From positions 63,366,001 to 63,430,000 of the forward strand of contig NW_024704743.1 of the NCBI RefSeq assembly GCF_018977255.1: 64,000 bases of DNA, read 5' to 3'. The stretch comes from Callorhinchus milii (Eukaryota). Both the position numbers and the translations under genes were made by a program. Shown in pieces: positions 13,442-26,500 of this stretch; position 1 is the first letter of the stretch; every line of letters starts with the position of its first letter. The notes beneath the pieces are model-generated. The model saw nothing but the letters and a program-made list of their open reading frames with translations, was not told where the DNA came from and did not search any database.

Positions 13442-13714
13442 TTGGGTGTACCTATGCATCTCAGCGGAATACAGTTTTGTTAACAAAACACTTTCAAAGA
13501 CCTTTGCTAACAAGAAATGTAGAAATACTTTAAGATGTGAAAGGGACCCTGTGATTATCAACAACCCAGCCACTTAAAGGCTTACACCAAATACCAGAAG
13601 GGTAGCTAAAAATAGAAAGCCTATTTTGTGTATTTTTGCTACAATTTGCCCAAATGTTGAAATGAAGTTGTTGAGCTGAAGTAAAAGTAACTGAACAGCG
13701 TTAGAATTAAGTTA

Positions 13715-14620
13715 CAACAACAACAACAAGATTCCATTTATAAAGCGCCTTTCACGTCAGGAGGACGTCCCAAGGCGCTGCACAGTTGGGTCATGACCCG
13801 AGCAGGGGGGAAATGGTCAGGGTGAGGGGAGGGAGGGAGCGAGGAGGGGGGAAATGGTCAGGGTGAGGGGAGGGATGGGAGGGAGCGAGAAGGGGGAAGA
13901 GAGTCAAGAGGGGAGCTGAAGGCACGGTCAAAGAGAAAGGTTTTGAGACCGGCCTTGAAGGAGGAAAGGGAGGAAGCGGCGAAGGCACTGGGGGATGGAG
14001 TTCCAGAGCCTCGGTGCTGAGAGGCTGAAGGCCCGACCACCAATGGTAGGGCGATTGGGGCGGGGGACGTGGAGCAGACCGGAGCCAGAGGAACGGAGGG
14101 TACGGGCAGGTAGGTAGGGGGATAATAGGTTGGAGAGGTAGGAGGGAGCGAGGCCGTGAATGGCCTTGTAGGTGAGGATGAGGATCTTGAATTCGATCCT
14201 CTGGGGGATGGGGAGCCAGTGGAGGCGAGCGAGGGTGGGAGTGATGTGGTCCCGAAGCCTGGTGCGGGACAGTACACGAGCTGCAGAGTTCTGAATGACC
14301 TGCAGCTTGTGGAGGGAGGTGGCGGGAAGGCCGGCGAGGAGAGAGTTCCCATAGTCCAGCCTTGAGGTGACAAAGGCGTGAACCAGGGTTTCAGCAGCGT
14401 GAGGGGTGAGGTAGTGCCGTAGTCTGGCGATGTTCCGGAGGTGATGGAAGGCGGTGCCAGTTGTGGTGCGGATGTGGGAGAAAGGACAGCTCAGGGTCGA
14501 ACAAAACGCCGAGGTTCCTGACTGGCTTTGAGAGGTGGAGAGTGCAGCCTTGGATGCTGATGGTGTCGGCGCCTGAGGTGCGGAGGCGCTGACGTGAGCC
14601 AATCAGGAGGGCCTCGGTTT
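13715..14620 (-). mobile_element. Young L2 LINE 3' fragment
   Basis: ORF 13928-14602 (HAFVTSRLDYGNSLLAGLP...LHWLPI...GGRAFS) plus (TTG)n tail; near-identical to copies at 21.6 kb and 26.1 kb. Confidence 0.9.
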
Positions 14621-16212
14621 CTGCACTTGCAGACGTCCCAGTCGATCAGCCATCTTTGGATATTATGATCTTTCAACTTTGCAGCTAAAATACCTCAATA
14701 TTCCAAGACTTCCATGTCTAGTTGGCATGTATATGTGGAACTCTGGATGGTGATGATTTCCACATGTGTTAGGACAACTGGCTAACAAAAAACATCATTC
14801 TAACTCAGTAAATATTACATATGTGCATACTTTCATAAATATCATCTGCAGCCTATCAAAATATGCTTCAAAAGACATTGCAAATGATTTAACCGGTGTC
14901 TTCGGGTAAATTCGGGTGCCTTCTACCCCTGCCCACCACCCCTCTGGAACCCAGCCCCCTGTTCGGGTCCAAATCCCTGACTGTCCAGCACCTTGGGACA
15001 TCCTCCCAAATGCGAAAGGCGCTATACAAATATTAATTTGTTTTTGTTGTTGTAGAGTCACTGGGAGGAAGTGTTAACCTGTGTTTTATATTTATTGTCC
15101 ATGAACATGGAGCTTTGAACATGGAGTTATATAGCTTTGCAGCTCCTGATTTGTGCATTGTTTTAACACTTACAATGGTAGGTGATTTGAATATTTATTT
15201 TCCTTTATTTTCCTTTTGTATATTCTCCTGCATCATCGTTCTTAAGGGAACAGATTGGAGATCTGGTCTGAAGCCCCAACTGAAGATTTGCTGCTGTATT
15301 GCTGCTTTCCTGCAGAGAGAGAAATATTTGAGGGTATTTGAAGCTTGACTGCTCTTGCCTATGTTTGGAAGATTTATTACAAATATGCCTTGGAGCAGAG
15401 CACCTGTCTGCCCTACTGATTAAGTTAAAAAGATGTGTGGCGAAAAATGGAGGGATCATTCATTTTCAAATTGTTTGTTAGAAGCATTGTTGTTTTTATG
15501 TTTTAAAATAATCTGTTGGGTGAAACCTTTTCTTCTGGGAGCAATCGTCACAGCTTGAGATCATTAACAGAGTCGATGTGGCACATATCATAATGGGTTT
15601 AAAGCCAGTTCAGCTGGAGAATTAAAATGCTGGTCTTGTCTAAGTTTATCCTGAGTGAGCTCAACTGTGCAGTATTAATTATCTTTTTTCAGTAACCAGT
15701 ACAAATTGTTCTGTTCCTTAAAACCGTTTAATTATTTATAGTCAAAATAACCATGCATTACCATTGTGTAATTCAGTTAGGTACCTAATTACACACATAC
15801 TTAATCTTGTCATCAGTTAACATTATTAATTGTACTCGCAAGCTTTTGTTTTCAAATTACTGTATAAAAAAAGACAGTCATGAACTGATATTCACACAAA
15901 CTGTCCTTCAACAAGACACATGTACCTATTTTATTACATGTTGTAAATGTGCAGTATGGTGGGCATTTTTTTCCCCAGACAAATGGACTTTTGACAGTCT
16001 TGAAGGGAGAAGAGACACGGCATAAATATGCTGGTTCCAGAATCTGGAGGTGTGGTAACAAACTGTCTCCTGAAGGACACCTGTGAGTGCAGTTGATCTG
16101 TTTGTTTATGAAACAGATGCAGTAGAGGAATAAAGAAATCCTAAAGTAAGCAAAGTAGACTCTTCAATCTATTTGATGTCATCAATCCTACTGTGTTCCC
16201 ATCATAGCATCA

Positions 16213-17185
16213 ACAACAACAAATTGCATTTATATATCACCTTTCACATATGACGTCCCAAGGTGCTGGATACCCCCGAGCTGGGGGTTGGAGTAAAGAG
16301 GGGTGGAGGTGGGAGGATGACCAAAGCCACATTCAAAGAGAAAGATCGTGAAGACAGGCCTTGAAAGAAACAAGGGAGGAGATGAGGGGGGCGGACTCCA
16401 GGATAGAGTTCCAGATAGTGGGGGCAGAGGGGCTAAATGGCTGCCAATGGTGGGGTGGACAGGGTGGGGGACATGTAACAGGCCAGAGTGTAGGGAGCAG
16501 ACAGGTTGGTAAAATCTTATTTCTCAAAGAAGACCAGTCCTCTGGTAATTGCAGGAAATAAACCTTTTTTAAAATATTTTTGTGACCAATATTCAGCTTT
16601 ATTGCCATGCTTGACAAATGTATTGAACTTTGAAGAATAACTGATTTTTTGGGCAAGGGAACCTCAGAAGATGTTATATGTTTAGGGCTATAGAGTTCCG
16701 GATGATCTGCAGCCTATGGAGGGAGGAGTTGGGGAGGCCGACAAGCAGGGGGTTTGTGTAGTCCAGCCTGGATGATATGAAAGCGTGTATGAGGGTCTCT
16801 GCAGTGTGAGACAGTGGCGGAGCCGAGTGATGTTGCAGAGGTGAGGAAAAGCGGAGCGGTTCATGGCATAGATGTGGGGTATGAAGGACAGTTGAGATTT
16901 GAATAGGACGGAGAGATTCTGTATTGGGTCCGTGAGATGTAGAGTGCATCCTTGGAGGGAGATGCTGTCAGTGCCTGAGGTATGGAGGCGCTGATGGGAG
17001 CCAAGCAGGAGAGCCTCGGTCTTGTTGACATTCAACTGCATGAAGTTAGCTGTTAGCTCTCATTCCAGGACTTGATGTGAGGCCAACAGTGGTTCTGGAA
17101 TCCAGGGTAGAGGCAGAGAGGTAGAGTTGGGTGTCATCCGCATACATGTGGAATTTGACCCCATCTCTATGGATGATGTCCACTA
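16213..17185 (-). mobile_element. Older L2 fragment, interrupted near 16506-16685
   Basis: FHMYADDTQLY readable on the minus strand near 17125-17155; QLNVNKTEALL; HAFISSRLDY; caacaacaac tail at 16211-16222. Confidence 0.82.
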
Positions 17186-17209
17186 AAAATGGGTTAAAAA
17201 ACCCCTGAT

Positions 17210-17475
17210 CACTTTCCACGTGAGTTATGACTTATGAGCTGGGCCAATAGGAAAGTTGGCCTCGCATTTTCCACTACACCAAACCCGTCAGCTACAAACG
17301 CACCATAAATGTAGTTTCTGGTCCACGGGCCACTCGCCCTGTTTACCTGACGTCACTGTGGGTGGAGCTGTCTCTCTCTTTGTGAGTGTGTGTCTGTGTA
17401 TATGTGTGTCTCTCTCTCTGGGTTTCTGTGTCTGTGTGCGGTGCTGGCTCTGAGAGGCAAGAGGTGGTGAGCTCC
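17210..17475 (+). promoter_or_regulatory. Promoter-like motif cluster in intergenic gap
   Basis: CACGTG 17217, CCAAT 17244, ACTACA 17273 and reverse at 17310, full CRE TGACGTCA 17348, then GTG|GTGAGC donor-like site at 17467. Confidence 0.35.
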
Positions 17476-20400
17476 TGTAGCCTCCCTGCTGCGTGTGGTC
17501 ACCCTCCCCCCCCCCAAAAAAAATGGCCATCCAGCATTTTTCTATTTGCCCAGCCTAGGAATGTGAGAATGTTCACTTTGGAGAAAAGAATAAATACTCC
17601 TTATATTTGGTTTACTGCCTTTCATGTTGGGAGGACATCTCAAAGTGCTTCACAGGTTATACTGTAATGTAGAGTTACAGTACATCTGGACGAATGTGAT
17701 GGACAATTTACGCACAGCAATGTCCCACAAGAGAATGATCAGTTTTAGCTGGGGATTGTTGGTCAGGCCACTAGAACAAACCCCCTTCTCTTTTTGAACA
17801 GTGCCATGGGAACATGAGTGTCTAATAGGTCGACAGACTTGACCAGAGAGACAGGGGGTTAGGTATGTTGGTTAAATTCAAGATGACCAAGATATATTTT
17901 TTGACAAAAGAAGTGATTGTAGGGTTGAAGGTGTCTAAGTAAATTATTTTAAAAATGGAATTAAATAAACACGTAACGTTAAATGGGGAACGCACAGGAG
18001 AGTGGTTGTAGATTAGTTGGATCACGATGGTAAAAAAAATTACCAGCACAGATCTGATGAGCCAATTGGCCTCTTTCTGTTCTGTTCTATAACAAGCTAT
18101 TATTATAATAGTATAAAATACTACAGTTTGGTACTCCTCAAGCCTTGGGACTGTCTGGATGAACCACAATGTTATTTCCTAGTCTTGTATGTTCCTGTGA
18201 ATATAGATTTAAAACTTTAGCTGAATAGCTCAACGTGGAGCTTCTCTGATAGACAATAAGAAGTCACTATTTGTTATCAAGTGGTATAAGGTGACCATTA
18301 TTCTGTTACTTTCTGGCTATGAAAGAGGAGGAAAATCTATTTAAGAGAAAAATATACAGAAAGCTCACTGAGCTTGTTGAAAACAGACATTTTGTTTCAG
18401 AATGAACAGGCCGAACGATTTTCTTCAGTACATCTTCTTGTATACATTGATTTGCGATCTGCCTTTGGAAATGTTTAACGGTAATAACTGTTCAAAGTAA
18501 AACCGATGTACAGTATACATAAATCCAGATTATGATTTAATTTTCCCGCATTAAAAAATATCTCATACCTATGATATAAGACTTGTTATAAATGTTTCTG
18601 TCAAACTGATTTAAAGAAATAAATGGGGATAAAGATAGATTAATGACAGAATTTGAGTTCTGGTGCCAAGATGTGTTGGGGGAATGTTGCCTGCTGGGAC
18701 CAGGGTGTGTTGTTTGCCTGGAGGTCTATGGTTGCATAATGAGGATGGATGAACTTTGCTGCAAGACGATTAGTGGAGTGGAATTCATCATAGGGTGGGT
18801 CACTGGACAGAGAGGCTTTGATGGGATGAATAACCCTGCCTTGTTCAATTTATTTTTAGGTTTAAACATATTGATGTTAAATTTTAAATAAATTAACTTG
18901 AATTTTATTTATGGCATAGATTACGACCGAGTTTAAAAACCCAACCCTAAAATTAAAGATTTATCTGAAAAAACAGTTTTGTCTGTTGTGTTGTCTTGCA
19001 GTAGAATCTTATGTATGAATATTTTACTGCTTTGTTAATCATATTCACTAGTAAAATGGTATTTGCATTAAAAAGCATGAGTATCCAGCTTTACAAGTAC
19101 AGGGGAAGAAAGTATTCATATCCACATAATCAACTGGGTGTCTGATACATGCAGAAAGCCATCACAATGTTTAAGAGTTTCAAAACAAACTACTAAATTT
19201 CCCAGATTCTGTATGGTTTCCATTTACGTGGAATGGAGTTTGCATTATTTTTCCCAAAAGGATGTAGCCCCAACTTCCCCCGCTTACCTAATTCCAGAGC
19301 GTTTTGGTTCAAGAATGCCAAGAAGAACCCAGAGTTTGTATTGAGGTACTGATGGAATTTAATCTGTTACATTTGCGAATAATGGCAAGCTTCCCTCTGC
19401 TTGTCTAGGTAGGACCATTGGGGTTTTGGCTTGCAGGATTTACAGGAATTGGGAAGAATTCTAGTCTCCAGTGACTGGTCTGTACCTTGTCTGCTGACAA
19501 GTCACGTTTGATTTGTATTTTAATATTCCATTGCCATGTGTGTCAGCTTGGAGCTTTCTTAGCCCCTCCCACACCCAGAGGATAGTTTCTAACTGGTCAT
19601 TAGGGAGTAATACTTCTGTTTTGCTTGTTAAACTTGTACTAATGGAAGTGCAAATACCTCAGAAAACCTGAGGAACATTTGTCCTAGAGAGTGTCCGCCA
19701 AGCCCACATGATCTTGCATGGTGTGCACTGTAAGAGCTTTCCCTCTTTACAGCCACCTTCAATTAATCTTCTGACACATTGCAATCTGCTCCACTGTGGG
19801 AGATGTCTTTGCTTCAGTATTGCAGAACAGCATGTGTTTTTGGCTTGTCCCAAAGTATGTTTCCTTCCAATGAATTTCTATTCAAATGTATGGATTGATT
19901 TATTTTTGTCTCTGATTTCTTTTTTTCTTTTTCCCCCTCTCCGTCCTTCCCTCCCTCCCTCCCTTTGCTGAAGTTAGCAACTCTGGCCAGGACCCTCTCC
20001 TAAATAGCCATTCTTGATGCATGAACCTGAAGAATGACCGGCAATCCAATTGTGTCCCAGCCAAGCAGTCATCCTGACCACTAAATCTCTCATTCCCCAA
20101 CAGGATTGCTGAGAAGATCGAGACTTTAAATTCTACACTGAATTTAGGCAATCCATGACTGTTTGTGGGACACTGCTATGTATTTTACCCACAAAATATA
20201 CAACCAATTCACTTTACAGTATATTCTGTGAAGTGCTTAGAATCGTCTCAACAACATGATAAGGAGCTATGTCAAATGCTCCCTATTATAGGCTATCTGA
20301 TTAAACACATTCAGGTTCCTCTCATCCCTTGCTATCCCTCTGGAGGGTGGGGAATGGGCCCCCCTGCAGCTGGACTAGTTCCAAGGTGACTTGCGTGGCA

Positions 20401-21606
20401 ACACAATGTCAGAATTGAGTCAACATTCTGTCATGGTAGTCCAGTTCCTGAACCAGGAAGCTTATCAGACAGTGCTCTCAAGCTATGCAGGTTTTATCTG
20501 GCTAAACACCAGGAGTACCCCCATCGCACATTCTATGGTCACCAAGTCTTGGCTTTCGATAACCTGGACCTAATATTATCTGGAATTCCAGATATGGTCC
20601 GTATTTCAACAACAACAAGATTCCGTTTATAGAGCGCCTTTCATTCCAGACACAGGAAGATTTTTCAAGTGTAGATGGTGTACATATGTGGAACTCTCAA
20701 TCTCGTTTACATACTCTTTTAATAATGGTGGGATCTGTATGTGTCAGATACTCAGCGTCCAAAACATTCCTGTTTCTCAACCAAATGCAAATAGAGTCAA
20801 CAATGTCAACAAGGATGAGAAAACAAAGATCACAATGTTTCAGGAAAGGCTGACAATGCAGACACAGAGGCGGATTATTAAAATTAGCACACACAATGAT
20901 GCTTGATGGAAAATGTACCATCTGGAAGGTTTTAGATTAGATTAATTTAAGTTCCTCTGAGTCTAAAAATCACTGCAAAACCCACTGAAACCAATAGAGG
21001 TAAAGTGTCTGTTATTCAGTCAAGCGGCACCTGCAGTCACTCAGCCCCAGTGCCTGCAGTGGGAATGAACAAGCAGTACCAGGCAGGGATGTGGAAGGCA
21101 TCCTATCGATTGCCAACGAATTGTTACATAATTCAAAGGCTTCCTTATTGGCAGCAGAAAGTGCTTACAACATGTACCACTGAAGGCTCAGTGCCTCCAA
21201 ACAAAAACAAGCCTATTATTCTGTTAGTTGTTTCACCTAACCCAGGATAACCTCAAACAATAGCTGGAGCAGGTGATCGAAGTGTGTGTGTGTTTTGAAG
21301 TGAGGATGTAATGATATTAAACCCCAATTTCTCAAGAAAGTATTGTAAAATGGAATTTATTTTGTTGTGATTCTGGCAAGCCTCTAACCCAATTTTGTTT
21401 CGGATCAGCTGAGGTAACAGATGCAAAGTTAAAACTCCCTTTGTGCCAGTCATATTTTCAAGCTCCACGTAAACAGGAATATAGAGCTGATTGTCTATTC
21501 AGCAATCCACGTGGAAGATGTCAGGCCTGGAGCTGTATTAAAAAAAGCTTTGTTTGAAATGATATTTGGGGGAAAAAAGCTATATTTTATTCCGCAGATT
21601 GATAAA

Positions 21607-22170
21607 CAACAACAACAAGATTCTATTTATAAAGCGCCTTTCACGTCAGGAGGACGTCCCAAGGCGCTGCACAGTTGGGTCATGACCCGAGCAGGGGGGA
21701 AATGGTCAGGGTGAGGGGAGGGAAGGGAGGGAGCGAGGAGGGGGGAAATGGTCAGGGTGAGGGGAGGGAAGGGAGGGAGCGAGGAGGGGGGAAATGGTCA
21801 GGGTGAGGGGAGGGAAGGGAGGGAGCAAGGAGGGGGAAATGGTCAGGGTGAGGGGAGGGAAGGGAGGGAGCGAGGAGGGGGAAGAGAGTCGAGAGGGGAG
21901 CTGAAGGCACGGTCAAAGAGAAAGGTTTTGAGACCGGCCTTGAAGGAGGAAAGGGAGGAAGCGGCGAAGGCACTGGGGGATGGAGTTCCAGAGCCTGGGG
22001 GCTGAGAGGCTGAAGGCCCGACCACCGATGGTAGGGCGGTTGGGGCGGGGGACGTGGAGCAGACCAGAGCCAGAGGAACGGAGGGTACGGGCAGGTAGGT
22101 AGGGGGATAGTAGGTTGGAGAGGTAGGAGGGAGCAAGGCCGTGAATGGCCTTGTAGGTGAGGATGAGGAT
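21607..22170 (-). mobile_element. Young L2 LINE 3' fragment with internal 46-bp tandem amplification
   Basis: Near identity to the 13.7 kb copy; TSD GATAAA at 21601-21606 and 22168-22173. Confidence 0.9.
21695..21882. repeat. 46-bp G-rich tandem repeat, 4 copies
   Basis: aaatggtcagggtgagggg at 21700, 21746, 21792, 21837. Confidence 0.95.
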
Positions 22171-24414
22171 AAAATGTTAGTATTAGAGTGGTGGGGTCTA
22201 ATTTTCATTATTTGGTAATAATAATTATAATAATAATCCTTGCATTTGATTTAGGGCCTTATCATGTCATTGGTTAAAAGGATTCTTTAAAAAATCCGAG
22301 TCATGGGAATGGGTCTTCTTCCAGTCACAGGAGGTACGACACTTGGGAACTCGACTCCAACACAATCCAGTTCTAGAGTCTCAGTCCCAAATGTCAGTGG
22401 GAATTCCAAAAGGATTCCTTTTTATGGAATCCCATTTTTAAAAATACATCCCCACAGTGTTCCTTTACATAAAAGATTCAAAAGAGAAAGTGGAGAGAGC
22501 TTACAGTTTCATTTGAAGTGCTAAAGTATGTAGAAAAACATGTCTAATATTGGCATCACCATTACTAGTTCTTTTCAAAAGGCTTCCCAGCTGTTGCTTA
22601 TAAAAAAATTATGGTGTTTAAAGGTTGAGCTAAGTTTAGTCAAGTTCCTAAATATTTTTTTCTGGATGAAGGGTTTAAATTAGTTCGTGTCTTTATATAC
22701 ACTGGGAAAATCATAAGCAAGGCATAGGTCTGAAAGATACTGACTGATTTTTGCTACCCTGTGCTGTTTTGCAGGAGATGACAATTCCCTTTACAAATAT
22801 GGACACTTACAAAACAGCTCATTGTAACTCCTTTGTTTCCTACACTAACAAGTTTGTAGCTGAAATACATTGTAAGGGTCATGGAATATTGTACAGGAAG
22901 CAGGCAATATCAGCGATATTAGATGACCAAACAAATCAACTCTTTTTGACTCAATGCGCATAAATCAGGTAAATCACATGTACAGGACAACCACAGTGAT
23001 GGATATCAGTGCCCTTACCTGTCCCTCTCCAGACTCCCTGTTCCCATTTTTAGGGATGCCGCTCCTAAGGATTATCCACAGGCTTCCCTTCTGCCAGGCA
23101 CTGCTCATCAAGTGGGCCATCCAAGGACAAGCAGTAGGGAGGAAGGCTTACATGAGAACACAAGTTTTTGGAATGAGCCGTGTGATTGCTATTAAGATCA
23201 GATAACTCAGCTTCAGCATAGATCAGGAATTTATCCTTGAATATTAAATGTTGAACTATTCTCTTTCGGTGTCTGAAAAATATGCATTTTGGCGTTATTT
23301 TAATACTTTATGTCGGTATCAAGAACTTTAGTTCTCAAGTTAACACGTGATTTTGTGCAGTAAGAACATCAGGTACATCTGCATGTTTTTGAACAAAATG
23401 TAACTGCTTTACTACCAGCCTTCTTTGGGCTTTAATTTGCTGTAAGATCAAACGTCAATGTACAGTATAACTCATTTCTCCTCTTAACCTTTTCAAAATG
23501 GCTCATTTCCTGGTCAGATCACCTCATAATCCGGTGACGCACGTCAGGTTTTACTTTCAAATTTCACAAAACAAAAGCTAGAACATTTCTTCCAAAAAGT
23601 ATTGCTTCCAAAAAAAAACTGCAATTCTGAGCAATTTATTTCATTTCAACCAAATATTGTCAGAAGTTTAAATTCTTACTTTAGGAAAAATAAAAATAAG
23701 TGGGGAAGTGGTGACACATTCACAAAGATCTCATATTGCCGGACTGTATATCCATTCAGACAGCAGGGGTTTCAGGAATTTGTTTACTTTGTGTAGGCCT
23801 CTCAGCTGTTAAAGCTTTCCTGTCTGGAAATGGTACAAGGTGGCCTTTTGACAGAACTGATTGCTAACACTAAGCATGTGTCTCTGGCTGGTTGTGTACG
23901 ACAGCAATGAGTTTTTACTCCAGCGCGATCTGCAAGCAATGTTTCATTCCTAATTGAATGTTCTGGAGGTCTGTCACGATAGTGTAGGTATTTTTAATCT
24001 AGTCTCAGGCAAAATGATTTATAGAGCTAGTCAGAGTCCCATCATCTTGATAAGCAGTAAAGTTGTGAGAAAGCAAACTTCCTGTTTCTGCAACAACTTC
24101 TCCAAATAGATTAAACGTTTTATTTAATAAAACAGCAGATGTACTGCCAAGCACGGTATGAAAATAATTTAATAAGCAAAGGGTAACAGCACTGTCAGCA
24201 GGCAATCGTACAGATGAAGTGACAGCCCATATTAACAGTGGAAACTCAAATGAGGCAAGGGAAACTTGAAGCTGGTTTTAATAATAATAATTCTTGCATT
24301 TGATATAGCGCCTTATCACCTCATTCAGAAATCTCAAAGTACTTCAGAGGATATACTGTAAAGTGGATTGACTGTGTATTTTGTCTGTGAAACACGGCAT
24401 CCAATTTACGCATA

Positions 24415-24687
24415 TCAGTGGTCAGGCCTTCTGCCGTCACCCTCTGGAACTCCATCCCACATTCCCTTCACCTCGCTCCCTCCCTTTCCTCCTTCAAGGC
24501 ATGTATCAAGCCTTCAGCCATCTCCTGCCCTCCCTACCCTCCATCTTCCCTTACCCCAATACCAAACCCCCTGCTCGGGTCCAACCCTGACTGTCCAGTG
24601 CCTTGGGATGTCCTCCCAACATAGTTTGCTTGGAATGACCCCCGTGAAAGGCGCTATGCAAATGTAATTTTGTATTGAATTGTGTTG
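24415..24687 (+). mobile_element. L2 3' end fragment nested in an older SINE
   Basis: ctctggaactccatccc and gtgaaaggcgctatgcaaatg tail; flanked by two halves of a minus-strand Deu-type SINE (24281-24414, 24688-24830). Confidence 0.75.
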
Positions 24688-25618
24688 ACCTACAAACAGA
24701 CATGAAATGAGTGACCAATTTTATTTGGGGGATTGTTGGCCAGGACACCAGAAGAAACTCCCTTCTCTTTTCGAATAATGCCATGGGATCCACCTGAACA
24801 CAGATGGGACCTCGGTTTAAATTGTCAGCCATGATGCCCCCTCTCCACAGCTAACCCTGACTGTAAAAGCTCACATATGAATAACCAACATGGGTGAAAT
24901 ACCAGAAGCCTTCATGAAACCCAAAAGGAAAGAAAATGAATCAAAACCACCTTAAGGCTATGAGGAGGAGAGGGAGGAGATGTAGTGGGGATATAATTTA
25001 TTAAGAGGGTCCATGTAATTTTCTACCAGGAATCGATGTGAGGGTCTGTGGGTAGAGTCGATGTCAGAGTTTTTTTTGTCAGCTGGGGGGTGTCTGACAC
25101 ATGCAAAAGAGTTTTCAACCCAAACTAAAAATTCCATGCATTCCATCTACACGTGGGAATTGCAGAGACAGATTGTTGGAATGGAATTTGTAGTCTCTCG
25201 GGAGGGACATATCCTGTTTACCTAATTCCGGAAAATATTAGGCACAGATTGGTAAGAGCCAAGGCTTGGGGACCCCAGAGTCTGTGATGAGGTACAGCTG
25301 GAGACTAACCAGTTAAAACCACATAGCTTGCCATTGATAGCTTTCCTGCTGCTTGTCCAGCTGGAACCACCCTACCTGTTAAGGGCTTTGTTGTGCTGGG
25401 TTAACAGGAGCTAAGTGGGATGACTCCCTGTCCCAAGTGACTGGTCTGCTATTCCCGGACCTGCTGATTTTCCAGGCTGGCTGTGGTCATCAGCAGTGCC
25501 CTGGAATACTGCAGTCCCATCTGTCTCAGGAACTGGACAGAGGACGAGCTCAATTCCAACATTCCACTGCCAAGCACGTCACCTTGGAGTTCAGCTCCAA
25601 GAAGACCCCGCTTACCGT

Positions 25619-25890
25619 GGAGTCCTGTAGCTCAGTGGTTAGAGCACTCGCTTTGCAAGCGAGAGACCTGAGTTGAATTCCAGGCAGAGGGCGAAACCTT
25701 GGGCAAGTTTCCTTACTCCACACACCTAATAATAATCCCTCCAAAATCAAAAACAATAATAAATTGGTCATTTTCAATCTACGACTGTTTGTGGGATATT
25801 GCTGTGCACAATTGGCTGCCGCGTTCGCCCACAAATATACAGTCAATTCACTTTACAAGCGCTATATCAAATGCAAGGATTATTATTATT
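25619..25890 (+). mobile_element. Same SINE family, short form, deletion in tail
   Basis: Near identity to 13122-13441. Confidence 0.9.
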
Positions 25891-26081
25891 ACCATCTCAG
25901 ATGTGAGGGGCTGTGAGTGGAGTAAATGTGAGGGTCCCCAACAGACTCTCACTCCTCCCCCGCCACTCCCTTCTAAACTTAGTTTGACTCTGTTCCCTCT
26001 CCACACACACACACTCCCATTCATCAATGTGAAAGGCACTATATCAAATGTAAGGACTATTTTTAATCAGCCTTTTCTCTG

Positions 26082-26500
26082 CATCTTCACCTACAAGGAC
26101 ATTCACGGCCTTGCTCCCTCCTACCTCTCCGACCTACTATCCCCCTACTTACCTGCCCGTACCCTCCGTTTCTCTGGCTCCGGTCTGCTCCACATCCCCC
26201 GCCCCAACCGCCCTACCATCGGTGGCCGGGCCTTCAGCCTCTCAGCCCCTAGGCTCTGGAACTCCATCCCCCAGTGCCTTCGCCGCCTCCTCCCTTTCCT
26301 CCTTCAAGGCCGGTCTCAAGACCTTTCTCTTTGACCGAGCCTTCAGCTCCCCGCTCGACTCTCTACCCCCTCCTCGCTCCCTCCCTTCCCTCCCCTCACC
26401 CTGACCATTTCCCCCCTGCTCGGGTCCTGACCCAACTGTCCAGCGCCTTGGGACGTCCTCCCAACGTGAAAGGCGCTCTATAAATGGAATCTTGTTGTTG
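26082..26500 (+). mobile_element. Young L2 LINE 3' fragment
   Basis: TYKDIHGLAPSYLSDLL...GGRAFSLSAPRLWNSIP and gttgttg tail; same subfamily as the 13.7 and 21.6 kb copies. Confidence 0.9.

Noticed and set aside
25699..26334. 211-aa ORF
   Set aside because: Chance read-through across SINE, spacer and L2 fragment; non-ATG start.
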